DNA of 41,842 bases, taken from the NCBI GenBank assembly GCA_018713065.1, contig DVFU01000023.1, positions 1 through 41,842 of the forward strand, given 5' to 3'. Positions 10,481 through 20,225 of this stretch are shown here, piece by piece. The translations under genes were made by a program, and so were the position numbers. Each line of letters begins with the position of its first letter. The stretch's first letter is position 1. Source of the DNA: Candidatus Faecenecus gallistercoris (lineage in GTDB: Bacteria > Bacillota_I > Bacilli_A > RF39 > UBA660). The notes under the pieces are model-generated. The model saw only the letters and a list, made by a program, of their open reading frames with translations. It was not told the DNA's origin and searched no databases.

Positions 10481-10882
10481 TTACCAAATGTAAGCTAAAA
10501 CTTCTCCACCAACATTTTGTTTGCGAGCTTCTTTATCAGTCATGATTCCCTTAGATGTAGAAATGATTGCAATTCCTAAACCATTCAAAACTTTAGGTAC
10601 TTCATCACTTTTTACATATACACGTAAACCAGGTTTTGAAATTCTCTTTAGTCCTGTAATGACTCTTTCTTTGTTGTGTCCATATTTAAGAGTTAAAACG
10701 ATAACTCCTTGACCACCATCTTGATTTACTTTATAGTCTTCGATATATCCTTCTTCTTTTAAGATTCTAGCAAGTTCTTTTTTCATTTTAGAAGCAGGTA
10801 CGTTAACTTCAGTATATTTCATTTGATTTGCATTACGAATACGAGTAAGCATATCAGCTATTGTATCAGTTACTACAGCCAT
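10481..10882 (-). CDS. rpsH: 30S ribosomal protein S8
   Basis: [13 protein letters not shown] motif. Confidence 0.96.
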   Translation of the reverse strand: MAVVTDTIADMLTRIRNANQMKYTEVNVPASKMKKELARILKEEGYIEDYKVNQDGGQGVIVLTLKYGHNKERVITGLKRISKPGLRVYVKSDEVPKVLNGLGIAIISTSKGIMTDKEARKQNVGGEVLAYIW

Positions 10883-10902
10883 GTTATATCCTCCTTCCCA
10901 AA

Positions 10903-11088
10903 TTACCAGCTTGACTTTTTAACGCCAGGAATTTGTCCTTTATAAGCTAATTCTCTAAAACAAATACGGCAAATACCAAATTTACTCATTACAGCATGAG
11001 GTCTTCCGCATCTTGCGCAACGACTATATTCGCGTACTTTGTATTTCTTTGGGCGATTAGCTTTGATTTTTAAACTCTTCTTTGCCAT
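10903..11088 (-). CDS. rpsN: 30S ribosomal protein S14 type Z (zinc-binding, 61 aa)
   Basis: CxxC...CxxC pattern ([10 protein letters not shown]...CRICFRE) and short-form length. Confidence 0.95.
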   Translation of the reverse strand: MAKKSLKIKANRPKKYKVREYSRCARCGRPHAVMSKFGICRICFRELAYKGQIPGVKKSSW

Positions 11089-11101
11089 TTTGCATCCTCC
11101 A

Positions 11102-11641
11102 TTACTTTCTAAAAGGCATTCCTAATTCACTTAATAGATCATAAGCCTCTTCATTAGTCTTAGCAGTTGTTACAAATACGATATCCATACCACGTACTTT
11201 TACAACACTGTCATAATCAATTTCAGAGAAAATTAATTGTTCTTTAATACCTAACGTATAATTTCCTCTACCATCGAATGCTCTAGGACTAACACCACGG
11301 AAGTCACGAACTCTTGGCAATGCAATTGAAACTAACTTATCCATGAAGTTGTACATTGCTTCACCACGCAAAGTTACTTTACAACCAATTGATTGTCCTT
11401 CTCTAATCTTAAATCCAGCAATAGATTTCTTTGCTTTTGTAATAACAGGTTTTTGACCAGCAATTACAGTTAGATCCTTTACTGCAGCCTCTAACATTTT
11501 AGAGTTTTGAGCAGCATCTCCAACTCCCATATTGATTACAATCTTAACTAATTTTGGAACTTCCATAACGGTGTTATAACCGTGTTTCTTTGTTAAACTA
11601 GGAATAATGTCTTTCTTATATTTTTCTCTTAGGCGGTTCAT
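11102..11641 (-). CDS. rplE: 50S ribosomal protein L5
   Basis: Sequence and operon position. Confidence 0.96.
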   Translation of the reverse strand: MNRLREKYKKDIIPSLTKKHGYNTVMEVPKLVKIVINMGVGDAAQNSKMLEAAVKDLTVIAGQKPVITKAKKSIAGFKIREGQSIGCKVTLRGEAMYNFMDKLVSIALPRVRDFRGVSPRAFDGRGNYTLGIKEQLIFSEIDYDSVVKVRGMDIVFVTTAKTNEEAYDLLSELGMPFRK

Positions 11642-11659
11642 AAATTACCCTCCTTCCAA

Positions 11660-11968
11660 TTAATCAATCTTTTCATTAGATTTTTTTGCAACTCTAACTT
11701 TTTTTCCATTTTCTAGTGTTTCATGACCGATTCTAGTAGTTTTTTTCGTTTTTGGATCAATAATCATAACGTTAGAAGCATGAATTGGAGCTTCTACTTC
11801 TAGAATGCCACCGCTTTCTTGACCATTGCCTTTTCTATGCTTCTTAACAATATTAGCACCTTCGACAATTACACGGTTGCTACTTCTTAAGGTCTTAATT
11901 ATTTTTCCTTCTTTACCCTTACTAGATCCGGCGATAACTTTAACTTTATCTCCAACTTTTAAGTTCAT
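11660..11968 (-). CDS. rplX: 50S ribosomal protein L24
   Basis: KOW motif region [19 protein letters not shown]. Confidence 0.96.
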   Translation of the reverse strand: MNLKVGDKVKVIAGSSKGKEGKIIKTLRSSNRVIVEGANIVKKHRKGNGQESGGILEVEAPIHASNVMIIDPKTKKTTRIGHETLENGKKVRVAKKSNEKID

Positions 11969-11984
11969 AATTAATTACCTCCTT

Positions 11985-12353
11985 TTATAGCACTTCTTTA
12001 GCCAAAGACACTATTTTCATATAATCCTTATCACGCAATTCACGTGCTACAGGTCCAAATACACGAGTGCCAACTGGACTCTTATCATCTTTGATAATTA
12101 CGCAAGCGTTATCATCGAATTTGATGTAACTACCATCTGAACGACGTGTTCCAAAAGTAGTACGAACGATAACAGCTTTGACAACCTTACCTTTTTTTAC
12201 AGTTCCATTAGGTGTTGCGTTTTTAACTGTACCAACAACTATGTCACCGATGTTACCAGTTTTTACTTTGCTTCCACCTAGTACACGAATTACTAAAAGT
12301 TCTCTTGCACCAGAATTGTCAGCTACTTTTAAACGGCTTTCTGCTTGTACCAT
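11985..12353 (-). CDS. rplN: 50S ribosomal protein L14
   Basis: [27 protein letters not shown]. Confidence 0.97.
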   Translation of the reverse strand: MVQAESRLKVADNSGARELLVIRVLGGSKVKTGNIGDIVVGTVKNATPNGTVKKGKVVKAVIVRTTFGTRRSDGSYIKFDDNACVIIKDDKSPVGTRVFGPVARELRDKDYMKIVSLAKEVL

Positions 12354-12380
12354 AATTTAATCTCCCTTCACCTAATAGTT

Positions 12381-12641
12381 TTATAAAATAACTGCTTCTT
12401 TAACGATTTCAGCTAAATAGAAATGCTTGTTTTTAGAAATTGGTTTTGTTTCAACGATTCTAACTACATCTCCAACTTTTGCCTTATTAGATTCATCATG
12501 AGCAGCATATTTCTTAGAATATTTAACTCTTTTTCCATATAATGGATCTTTTTTATATGTTTCAACTAAAACAACAATTGTTTTGTCTTGTTTATCGCTA
12601 ACAACTTTTCCAACAAATTCTTTTGCTAATTTCTTTTCCAT
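12381..12641 (-). CDS. rpsQ: 30S ribosomal protein S17
   Basis: Sequence and operon position. Confidence 0.95.
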   Translation of the reverse strand: MEKKLAKEFVGKVVSDKQDKTIVVLVETYKKDPLYGKRVKYSKKYAAHDESNKAKVGDVVRIVETKPISKNKHFYLAEIVKEAVIL

Positions 12642-12650
12642 ATAAACCTC

Positions 12651-12848
12651 CTATTTATCATTTAACTCACGTTCGCGAAGAACTGTTTTTAATCTTGCTA
12701 CCGTGTGTCTTAATTCACGAATTCTTGAAGGCTTTTCCAAATTACCAGTTGCTTGTTGGAAACGCAAATTGAATAATTCTTCTTTTGTTTCTTTGATCTT
12801 AGCGATAATTTGATCAGTGGTTAATTCTCTAATTTCTTTAACCTTCAT
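12651..12848 (-). CDS. rpmC: 50S ribosomal protein L29
   Basis: ORF 12651..12914, trimmed to ATG 12848 ([13 protein letters not shown]..., 65 aa). A GGTGGTG RBS precedes it. It overlaps the rplP 3' end by 11 nt. Confidence 0.93.
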   Translation of the reverse strand: MKVKEIRELTTDQIIAKIKETKEELFNLRFQQATGNLEKPSRIRELRHTVARLKTVLRERELNDK

Positions 12849-13272
12849 TCTTGTCACCACCATTTTCATCTTTTGTAACAAACTTCGTTTTGATTGGTAG
12901 TTTATGAGAAGCAAGTCTCAATGCTTCTTTGGCAGTTTCACGATCGACGCCACCAATTTCAAACATGATCTTTCCTTCTTTTACTACAGCAACCCATTTT
13001 TCTACGTCACCTTTACCTTTACCTTGACGAGTACCGATAGGTTTTGCCGTTAAAGGTAAATGTGGGAAAATATTAATCCATGTTTTTCCGCCACGTTTCA
13101 TATAACGAGTCATTGCTACACGAGCCGCTTCGATTTGATTAGCTGTAATCCAAGCACCTTCCATAGCCATTAAACCATATTCACCTTTTGAAAGTTTTGT
13201 GTTTCCTTTGGAACGACCTTCGTAAGGTAATCTATGTACACGACGGTATTTCGTTCTTGATGGTAATAACAT
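12838..13272 (-). CDS. rplP: 50S ribosomal protein L16
   Basis: [14 protein letters not shown]... Confidence 0.96.
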   Translation of the reverse strand: MLLPSRTKYRRVHRLPYEGRSKGNTKLSKGEYGLMAMEGAWITANQIEAARVAMTRYMKRGGKTWINIFPHLPLTAKPIGTRQGKGKGDVEKWVAVVKEGKIMFEIGGVDRETAKEALRLASHKLPIKTKFVTKDENGGDKNEG

Positions 13273-13274
13273 AA

Positions 13275-13928
13275 TTAATTACCTCCTTTAGCCTTTTTTG
13301 TAGGAAGAATTTCACCTTTGTAAATCCATACTTTAACACCGATTTTACCGAATGTAGTATCTGCTTCTGCAAATCCATAATCGATATCAGCTCTCAAAGT
13401 ATGTAGTGGAATTGTTCCCTCATCATAGCCTTCGCTACGTGCCATATCAGCACCATTTAAACGTCCAGAAGCCAAAGTCTTAATTCCTTTTGCTCCAGCC
13501 TTCATAGCGTTACGAATTGCTCTTTTTTGAGCCATTCTGAATGAAGCACGATTTGCAATTTGATTTGCGATTTGATTTGCAACAATCTGTGCATCCATAT
13601 CAGGTTTTTTAATGTCGACAATTGAAATCTGAATATTTTCATCAACCATCTTAGATAATTTATTTTTCATCTTTTCAATCTCTTCGCCACCACGGCCAAT
13701 AATAACACCTGGTTTAGAAGTATGAACGATTACTTCAGTTCTCTTATTATTTCTTTCAATTTCAACTTTAGAAATAGATGAAGCATCTTTTAGATTTTCA
13801 AAAAACTTACGAATCTTAACGTCGTTCATCAAGTACTTTTTGAAATCTTTTTTAGGTGCATACCATTTAGATTCCCAGTCTTTATTGATTCCAATTCTAA
13901 GTCCTGTAGGACTAACCTTTTGACCCAT
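13275..13928 (-). CDS. rpsC: 30S ribosomal protein S3
   Basis: [13 protein letters not shown]...; KH domain. Confidence 0.96.
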   Translation of the reverse strand: MGQKVSPTGLRIGINKDWESKWYAPKKDFKKYLMNDVKIRKFFENLKDASSISKVEIERNNKRTEVIVHTSKPGVIIGRGGEEIEKMKNKLSKMVDENIQISIVDIKKPDMDAQIVANQIANQIANRASFRMAQKRAIRNAMKAGAKGIKTLASGRLNGADMARSEGYDEGTIPLHTLRADIDYGFAEADTTFGKIGVKVWIYKGEILPTKKAKGGN

Positions 13929-13945
13929 GTTAACCTCCTCTTAGA

Positions 13946-14278
13946 TTATTTGCTAGCTACCGTAATTACGATATGACTAGTTCTTTTGTCTTTATGACCG
14001 ATGCGTCCTCTGGAATCGAATAAAACTCTTTTCATAACAGGACCAGCATCTACTCTAGCCTCTTTAACATATAAAGTGTTAATATCGGCTTCAAAATTGT
14101 TAACCGCATTTGCAATAGCAGAATTTAAAACTTTTACTACTTTGCGAGCTGCCTTATTATTTGTATTGTTCAAAATAGTAAGTGCTTCGTTAACTTTTTT
14201 TCCACGAATTAAATCTACGACTAAGCGAGTTTTAATAGGTGAAATTCTAACTTGTTTTGCGATTGCTCTTGTTTCCAT
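13946..14278 (-). CDS. rplV: 50S ribosomal protein L22
   Basis: Sequence and operon position. Confidence 0.95.
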   Translation of the reverse strand: METRAIAKQVRISPIKTRLVVDLIRGKKVNEALTILNNTNNKAARKVVKVLNSAIANAVNNFEADINTLYVKEARVDAGPVMKRVLFDSRGRIGHKDKRTSHIVITVASK

Positions 14279-14297
14279 ATATTATCCTCCTTAGTCA

Positions 14298-14576
14298 TTA
14301 TTTTTTAGCAGGCGTTGCTGCTGAATTATGACCACCAAATTTACGAGTTAATGCAAACTCACCCAATTTGTGTCCAACCATGTCTTCTGTTACATAAACA
14401 GGAATGAAATCCTTACCATTATGTACAGCAAATGTATGTCCAATAAAATCAGGATAAATAGTTGAACGACGTGACCAAGTTTTAATTACTTCTTTTTTGT
14501 TAGCCTCATTTAATTTTTTTACTTTTGCAAGCAAACGATCAAAAACATAAGGCTTTTTCTTTGAACTTCTTGCCAT
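14298..14576 (-). CDS. rpsS: 30S ribosomal protein S19
   Basis: ...[30 protein letters not shown]. Confidence 0.96.
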   Translation of the reverse strand: MARSSKKKPYVFDRLLAKVKKLNEANKKEVIKTWSRRSTIYPDFIGHTFAVHNGKDFIPVYVTEDMVGHKLGEFALTRKFGGHNSAATPAKK

Positions 14577-14590
14577 ATTCTATATTCCTC

Positions 14591-15421
14591 CTATTTACCA
14601 TTACGACGACGAACAATATACTTATCAGTATTTTTATTATTACGTGTCTTTCTACCAATTGCAGGTTTACCCCAAGGTGTCATTGGTGACTTACGTCCAA
14701 CTGGAGCTCTACCTTCACCACCACCATGTGGGTGATCGTTTGGATTCATAACAGAACCACGAACAGTAGGACGAATACCCATATGACGTTTACGTCCAGC
14801 CTTACCGATGTTAACCAATTCGTAATCTTCATTACCAACTACACCAACTGTAGCATAGCAAGTACCTAGAACTTTTCTTTGTTCTCCAGAAGCAAGACGA
14901 ATCATAACGTATGCTCCATCTCTACCAAGAATTTGAGCACTTGCACCAGCACTTCTTGCTAGTTCTCCACCCTTACCAGGTTTTAATTCGATGTTGTGAA
15001 CATTCGTACCAACTGGGATATTCATAAGTGGTAATGCGTTACCAACTTTAATGTCAGCATTTGGACCACTCATAATTTTTGTTCCAACTGTTAAATCTTT
15101 TGGTGCGATGATATATCTCTTTTCACCATCTGCATAATTAATTAAAGCGATATTCGCACTTCTGTTTGGATCGTATTCGATAGAAGCAACTGTACCGGGA
15201 ATATCCAATTTATTTCTCTTAAAATCGATAATACGGTATTTTCTCTTTGCTCCTCCACCGATATGTCTAACAGTAATACGTCCTTGATGGTTACGTCCAC
15301 CAGTTTTCTTAACTTTAGCTAATAAACTTTTTTCAGGAGTGCTCTTTGTAATTTCGCTATTTACCAAACGAGTCATTTCTCTTTGACCATTTGTATTAGG
15401 TTTGATTGTTCTAATTGCCAT
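14591..15421 (-). CDS. rplB: 50S ribosomal protein L2
   Basis: ...[18 protein letters not shown]. Confidence 0.97.
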   Translation of the reverse strand: MAIRTIKPNTNGQREMTRLVNSEITKSTPEKSLLAKVKKTGGRNHQGRITVRHIGGGAKRKYRIIDFKRNKLDIPGTVASIEYDPNRSANIALINYADGEKRYIIAPKDLTVGTKIMSGPNADIKVGNALPLMNIPVGTNVHNIELKPGKGGELARSAGASAQILGRDGAYVMIRLASGEQRKVLGTCYATVGVVGNEDYELVNIGKAGRKRHMGIRPTVRGSVMNPNDHPHGGGEGRAPVGRKSPMTPWGKPAIGRKTRNNKNTDKYIVRRRNGK

Positions 15422-15433
15422 ACTCTAACCCTC

Positions 15434-15718
15434 CTATTGAAGATCGATTGTTTGGCCTTCTGCTAATTTAACGATTGCTTTTTTGCTACGATTCGTCAAA
15501 CCAGTATAACGTCCAACTCTTCTCTTCTTCGTTTTTACATTAATCGTACGAATAGATTCAACTTTAACATTGAAGATTCTTTCGATTGCATTCTTAATTT
15601 CAACTTTGTTTGCTTTTGGATCAACTGCAAATGTATATTTGCCTTCATCACGATTTAAGCTACCACTTTTTTCAGTAATAACTGGTGCCTTAATAATTGT
15701 TAAATATTTTGTATCCAT
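15434..15718 (-). CDS. rplW: 50S ribosomal protein L23
   Basis: Sequence and operon position. Confidence 0.95.
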   Translation of the reverse strand: MDTKYLTIIKAPVITEKSGSLNRDEGKYTFAVDPKANKVEIKNAIERIFNVKVESIRTINVKTKKRRVGRYTGLTNRSKKAIVKLAEGQTIDLQ

Positions 15719-15719
15719 A

Positions 15720-16346
15720 TTAAGCTAGCACCTCCTCAATTTGTTTTAATGCATCCTCTGTTACAACCATGTAATCAGAAGTAACGATATCCAAAACATT
15801 GATTTCGCTAACTTCTTCTAATAAAACATTTTGTAAATTAGAAGCTGCGAATAATAAATTTTCTTCAATTTCTGGAACAACTACCAAAACCTTTTTATCT
15901 GTTACTTGTAAGTTATTTAAAACAGCAACCATTTCTTTTGTTTTTGGTGTTTCTAATTTTAATGAGTCAAGAACGATTAGTTCACCATCGTTAGCCTTTG
16001 TTGCCAAAGCACTCTTCAATGCTAAACGACGTTCTTTACGATTCATATTGATACTATAATCTCTTGGAACTGGTCCACCGTAAGTACCACCCTTACGCCA
16101 TTGAACAGCACGGATTGATCCTTGACGAGCATGTCCTGTTCCTTTTTGTCTCCATGGCTTTCTACCGCCACCACTAACTTCTGCACGTGTTTTTGTCTTG
16201 TGAGTACCTTGTCTTAAAGATGCTCTTGTTAAAATTACTGCATCGTAGACAACTTTATCATTTGGTGTAATACCAAAGATCGTATTACTAAGTTTGATAT
16301 CTTTTAGTTTTTCACCTTTTATGTTTAAAAGTTTTACTTTTTCCAT
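15720..16346 (-). CDS. rplD: 50S ribosomal protein L4
   Basis: ORF 15720..16352. ATG 16346 has the better spacing (8 nt) from the GGGAGG RBS. Confidence 0.94.
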   Translation of the reverse strand: MEKVKLLNIKGEKLKDIKLSNTIFGITPNDKVVYDAVILTRASLRQGTHKTKTRAEVSGGGRKPWRQKGTGHARQGSIRAVQWRKGGTYGGPVPRDYSINMNRKERRLALKSALATKANDGELIVLDSLKLETPKTKEMVAVLNNLQVTDKKVLVVVPEIEENLLFAASNLQNVLLEEVSEINVLDIVTSDYMVVTEDALKQIEEVLA

Positions 16347-16396
16347 CTTCATATCCTCCCTTCATCACATTTCCATTATTAAACTATTCTCTGTTT

Positions 16397-17110
16397 TTAA
16401 GCCTCTTGTGATGATTCTGTTTCTGCTTCTTTGTTTTCAGGTTCTACATTGTAAACAACTAAATCGATTGGAGTTGCTTTTGTATTTCCCTTTTTAACAG
16501 CAGTTTTAATGATTACGAAAGACTTCTTTGGTCCTGGAACATTACCTTTAATTAAGATAACGTTGTTTTCCATATCGACAGCAACAACCTCTTCATTTTG
16601 AACAGTTCTTGTTGCAGAACCCATATGACCTGGTAATTTTTTACCTTTAATAACGTGCATTGGTAACATAGTACCTAGAGAACCAACACCTCTATGATAT
16701 TGAGATCCATGACCCATCGGGCCTCTCGTTTGATTCCAGCGTTTGATAACGCCTTGGAATCCTTTACCTTTGCTGACGCCTTGTACGTCAACGATATCGC
16801 CTGCTGCAAATGTATCAGCAGCAATTACTTGTCCTAATGTATATTCACTAGGATCTACCCCTCTGATTTCTTTTAAGAAGCGCTTAGGTTCTGTATTAGC
16901 TTTTTTAACATGACCTATAGCAGCCTTATTGCTATTCTTTTCTTTCATTGTGAATGCGCCAAGTTGCACAGCATCATAACCATCTTTTTCTTTTGTTTTG
17001 ATTTGCGTTACAACGTTTGGTTCAATCTCAACAACAGTAACTGGAACTAGTTTGCCATCTTTAGCAAAAACTTGAGTCATTCCAATTTTTCTACCTAAGA
17101 TTCCTTTCAT
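16397..17110 (-). CDS. rplC: 50S ribosomal protein L3 (with acidic C-terminal extension)
   Basis: [15 protein letters not shown]... Confidence 0.96.
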   Translation of the reverse strand: MKGILGRKIGMTQVFAKDGKLVPVTVVEIEPNVVTQIKTKEKDGYDAVQLGAFTMKEKNSNKAAIGHVKKANTEPKRFLKEIRGVDPSEYTLGQVIAADTFAAGDIVDVQGVSKGKGFQGVIKRWNQTRGPMGHGSQYHRGVGSLGTMLPMHVIKGKKLPGHMGSATRTVQNEEVVAVDMENNVILIKGNVPGPKKSFVIIKTAVKKGNTKATPIDLVVYNVEPENKEAETESSQEA

Positions 17111-17126
17111 ATTATTTTCCTCCTAA

Positions 17127-17435
17127 TTATAATTTGATTTCAATATCAACACCGCTTGGTAAATCTAGATGAGTTAATGCATCAATTGTTTCCTTGCTTG
17201 GATTTTTGATATCAATAAGTCTCTTGTGTGTACGCATTTCGAATTGTTCACGTGAATCCTTATATTTATGAACAGCTCTTAAAATCGTAAACTTTTCAAC
17301 TTCAGTAGGAAGTGGTACAGGTCCACTGATTTCTCCTCCTGATCTCTTAACAGTTTCAACAATTTTTGTAGCGGCATTATCTAGAATTCTGTGATCGTAT
17401 GCTTTCAAACGAATACGAACTTTTTCCTTTGACAT
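17127..17435 (-). CDS. rpsJ: 30S ribosomal protein S10
   Basis: [19 protein letters not shown]...; first gene of the S10 operon. Confidence 0.97.
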   Translation of the reverse strand: MSKEKVRIRLKAYDHRILDNAATKIVETVKRSGGEISGPVPLPTEVEKFTILRAVHKYKDSREQFEMRTHKRLIDIKNPSKETIDALTHLDLPSGVDIEIKL

Positions 17436-17557
17436 TTTAAATCCTCCCTTCGCCTATATCTAGTATAGACTTGCTCCGTGTGAATAACCCGATACTTTCC
17501 AGCAACTTATCCTGGTGTATCGACAACCTCCCACATCTAAGCAGCCACACGACCATA
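17436..17557 (-). promoter_or_regulatory. Structured 5' leader of the S10 operon (about 115 nt), a candidate ribosomal-protein autoregulatory leader
   Basis: Nested stems on the minus strand. The outer pair is GTGTG (17546-17550) with CACAC (17478-17482). The inner hairpin is CGATAC-a-CCAG...CTGG-aaa-GTATCG (17490-17522). A second GGGAGG copy occurs in the leader in addition to the true RBS. Confidence 0.45.
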
Positions 17558-17586
17558 ATTATAGCATAGCAACATCAAAAAAACAA
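17558..17586 (-). promoter_or_regulatory. Sigma-A-type promoter of the S10/spc/alpha ribosomal superoperon
   Basis: On the minus strand: -35 TTGTTT, 17-nt spacer, then extended -10 TGCTATAAT (the ATTATA complement is at 17558-17563). Confidence 0.65.
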
Positions 17587-17623
17587 GCGTTTTTTTAGGT
17601 TTTCTAAAAATATTTACGCTTGT
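17577..17623 (-). terminator. Terminator of the five-gene accessory operon (composite hairpin plus T-run)
   Basis: On the minus strand: ACAAGCGT-aaata-TTTTTAG-aaaac-CTAAAAA-ACGCTTGT followed by 7 T. The T-run overlaps the -35 of the S10 promoter. Confidence 0.5.
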
Positions 17624-17636
17624 ATTCGACAAAATA

Positions 17637-19214
17637 TTAACTTAAATCAAATTTTTTCGGATTGGAAACTGTCTCTTTTGTAAGTTTCAGAACTTTGTAA
17701 GTGCCAGCTGGTTCTAGTGCCATTTCATGTTCGGCAGAAGTTAAGCTCGCCATTACGATATTATTTAAATCGCGCATACTTTGATCAGACTCATCTAATT
17801 TTGCAAGTAAAGCATCAAAGTATGACATATCCGGTTTCGTTTCCACTTGAAATTGACGTTCGTATCTAGCCTTCTTCTTTTGGAATACAGATGAACGGGA
17901 ATGTTGTAAAATATCCAGTTTCGTTTCATGATCCAATACGTTATAAACAACTAAATGTGGAAAACGACTCACTAACTCTTTGTTAAACGCAGTTTCTTTG
18001 CTAAGCCTAGATGCATCAAATTGAACAGGACCATTCACTGCTCCAAAACCGATTTTTTTATCGGCATTAAACAAATTAGAAAATGTTCCAGAAAAGATGC
18101 GATGCAAAGAATTAGTCGGAAACATCCGGACCTGATTGGACAATGCAGTTTTTCTAAAATAAAACGGATCTCCTTCGATAAAGTTCATAATGACATTCAT
18201 AATAGCAGAAACGTAATCACGACACTGTTCGCCTATTTTATCGAACTCATCGATGTAGACGATACCACGAGATGCCATACTTAAATCAGAGTCACATTGC
18301 GACAAAAGAGAAAAAAATCCATCTTCCAAACTAGTTCCTTTGATACCGGGAGGGACAAAAGTAGAACCTTTGAGTTCAACCATCGGCAAATTCAGATATT
18401 CCATCGCAGCGCGAACCGTCTGAGTCTTTCCCGTACCAGTCGGGCCCACCAATAAAATGGATTCCGTTTTCTCATCCGGCAATGCTGTATAATTCATATA
18501 AATGGTAGTCGCAAGCTGACTAATTTCGTCATCGTGACCAAACACTCGCTCTTTCATGTAAGTCTCTAATCCTCGTAACGAGATATCAGGATTAACAGCA
18601 GGCGTTTGATTGGAAATAATTGTTTCTGGAGCGATGTTCTTATCTAAGTAAAGTCCTTTTAATGTATCCCCTTCAATAGCGATACCAACAACACCCAAAG
18701 AACCAAAAACTTCTGTCTTTTTCACACCATCCGATAATGCTAGTAAACGGCAACGAACACGATTCACATCAGGCTCTGATAACAACTGACTTAGCGATTC
18801 ACTATTTAACGTAACAGTTGGCGAATCTTGATCTAGTCGATAAACTGTTTCCTCTTTTACTTTGGAAAGTGCATGTAAATCGACTTTGCGTTCCACTACT
18901 TTTCCATCTTGAACAGTCACATATAAAATATACTGCCGTTCGGTTTCCCAAAAGAACTGTAACAGAAAGTTCTGATCATCTTTATTATTCGAATGATAAA
19001 TTTCCTGTAAATGGGAAAGAGAAAAGATGTTATCAACTAAATAATTTTCCTCTTCCAATGCCTTTTCAAATGACGGCTTATGATAGATGGTATCCGAACA
19101 AAAGTCATCGTTAACGCAGTATCCTTGTACAATATCAACTGGATACAAGATGTACTCTTTTTCTCCTAAAGGAAGTTTTCCATACCGAATTCCATATTCC
19201 ATTTCCTGTTCCAT
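17637..19214 (-). CDS. ClpX-derived AAA+ ATPase with a novel N-terminal domain. It has no zinc-binding domain, the pore-1 loop reads GIKG, and the IGF tripeptide is retained.
   Basis: The C-terminal ~270 aa align by eye to E. coli ClpX. Shared elements are Walker A LLVGPTGTGKT, Walker B RGIVYIDEFDK, the IGF loop KKIGFGA (codons 18045-18053) and the sensor region ELVSRFPHLVV. GYVG is replaced by GIKG (18336-18347). The ORF-track start at 19301 is a TTG. ATG 19214 (MEQEMEYG) has a GGGGGA RBS 7 nt upstream. Confidence 0.8.
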   Translation of the reverse strand: MEQEMEYGIRYGKLPLGEKEYILYPVDIVQGYCVNDDFCSDTIYHKPSFEKALEEENYLVDNIFSLSHLQEIYHSNNKDDQNFLLQFFWETERQYILYVTVQDGKVVERKVDLHALSKVKEETVYRLDQDSPTVTLNSESLSQLLSEPDVNRVRCRLLALSDGVKKTEVFGSLGVVGIAIEGDTLKGLYLDKNIAPETIISNQTPAVNPDISLRGLETYMKERVFGHDDEISQLATTIYMNYTALPDEKTESILLVGPTGTGKTQTVRAAMEYLNLPMVELKGSTFVPPGIKGTSLEDGFFSLLSQCDSDLSMASRGIVYIDEFDKIGEQCRDYVSAIMNVIMNFIEGDPFYFRKTALSNQVRMFPTNSLHRIFSGTFSNLFNADKKIGFGAVNGPVQFDASRLSKETAFNKELVSRFPHLVVYNVLDHETKLDILQHSRSSVFQKKKARYERQFQVETKPDMSYFDALLAKLDESDQSMRDLNNIVMASLTSAEHEMALEPAGTYKVLKLTKETVSNPKKFDLS

Positions 19215-19301
19215 ACCAAAATCCCCCAACAATTCACGATTTAATATCCTTGTGAACCTTATTATAAAATAGGATCCCAAATTAGTCAAAAAAAACTGCA
19301 A

Positions 19302-20225
19302 TTACTTATAATTACAGTTCGCATTGAATACTTCGATCATTTGCATCGCTTCCTGATACAAAGAACGAATTTGATTTAATTTCATCTTCTTGAAAAACAC
19401 CGTCTTCTCATATTCCTGTTCCAACTTAATCATTCGAATTAAAATCGCAATAAAACGCTTGTAACTTCCTTTCTTACCGATAATCTGATCAAACCAAGAA
19501 TCCATATCGTCGATATTACCAGAAAAGCGTAGAGATGAAAACGTTGCTAAAAACGTTCGGTTTTTCATTAATTCTTTACACAAATAAGATTGTAATCCGT
19601 AAGCATTCGATGTATAACTGCCCGAAATGCTAGAATCGATTGCATATAATGTCGCTGCAATCGTATTGGATAACGGAATCGTTCGAAAAGAATGAATAAT
19701 ATCGATGATTTCTTCTGTCTGTTTGGTATTGATAATCTCTTCCAAAATGTAATCGTCATCCTTGCGAATAACTTGCATTGTCTTCTTATTATAATGAATA
19801 TGACAAATTCCCGTCCGCAATGTGAACGTGTCCCCTTGATCCATAATTTCATTTTCAAACGAATTGACCGCATGGTTATATTCGTGAACTAAGTTATCTA
19901 ATAAGGACATCAATGGAATATTTTGGTAATTTTGTAATACGATTACTTTATCCGTTACAATATGACCATCTTGTAATCTGGGCATACTCGTATAAAAAGC
20001 CTGTTCTCGTTCGTTGTGTTCGTCCCGAATCAAGATCGGCACACTCTCGAAAATTCGCAAAATTTTATGTTCCGCAGATAATCCATATTTTAAAATAAAA
20101 GCAGGGATAATCAAATGAAGTAGATGCCCAATATTTTCTGGATACCGAAACTTCGTATTTAAATTATCTATCGATACTTTCGTCTTCCGAAACAAATCTT
20201 GTACAATAGCAACATTATTTTCCAT
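19302..20225 (-). CDS. Hypothetical protein with a single HExxH zincin-like motif (putative metallopeptidase, family not recognised)
   Basis: NLVHEYNHA motif (codons 19872-19886). ATG 20225 is preceded by a GGGAG RBS and overlaps the polymerase gene 3' end by 11 nt. The ORF-track start at 20234 is a GTG. Confidence 0.6.
   Translation of the reverse strand: MENNVAIVQDLFRKTKVSIDNLNTKFRYPENIGHLLHLIIPAFILKYGLSAEHKILRIFESVPILIRDEHNEREQAFYTSMPRLQDGHIVTDKVIVLQNYQNIPLMSLLDNLVHEYNHAVNSFENEIMDQGDTFTLRTGICHIHYNKKTMQVIRKDDDYILEEIINTKQTEEIIDIIHSFRTIPLSNTIAATLYAIDSSISGSYTSNAYGLQSYLCKELMKNRTFLATFSSLRFSGNIDDMDSWFDQIIGKKGSYKRFIAILIRMIKLEQEYEKTVFFKKMKLNQIRSLYQEAMQMIEVFNANCNYK

Noticed and set aside
17625-17631. 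A second 0A-box-like heptamer (TTCGACA) between the ClpX-like gene stop and the S10 promoter.
   Set aside because: It is a single 7-mer inside a terminator stem region. Such heptamers are expected by chance several times in a window of this size, and nothing in the context supports Spo0A control of ribosomal genes.
19215-19301. N-terminal extensions in the ORF track: the 29 extra codons of the ClpX-like ORF from TTG 19301, and similar extensions for truA, rpmC, the GT4 gene, pgk, gap, nudix, trxB, lgt, the 249-aa HExxH protein and the DUF4116 protein.
   Set aside because: The extensions begin at non-ATG codons or lack an RBS, and they encode hydrophobic or low-complexity peptides that overlap upstream genes. 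Internal ATGs with good GGAGG-type RBSs restore the canonical N-termini. For the ClpX-like gene, the TTG directly after the upstream stop remains a possible alternative start.
19568-19873. Same-strand alternative-frame ORFs: 19568-19873, 24889-25170, 25766-25954, 32174-32368 and 40774-40986.
   Set aside because: Each is nested out of frame inside a longer gene with clear homology or motifs (HExxH protein, tpiA, GT4, DUF4116, uvrA). None has an independent RBS or a recognisable sequence.
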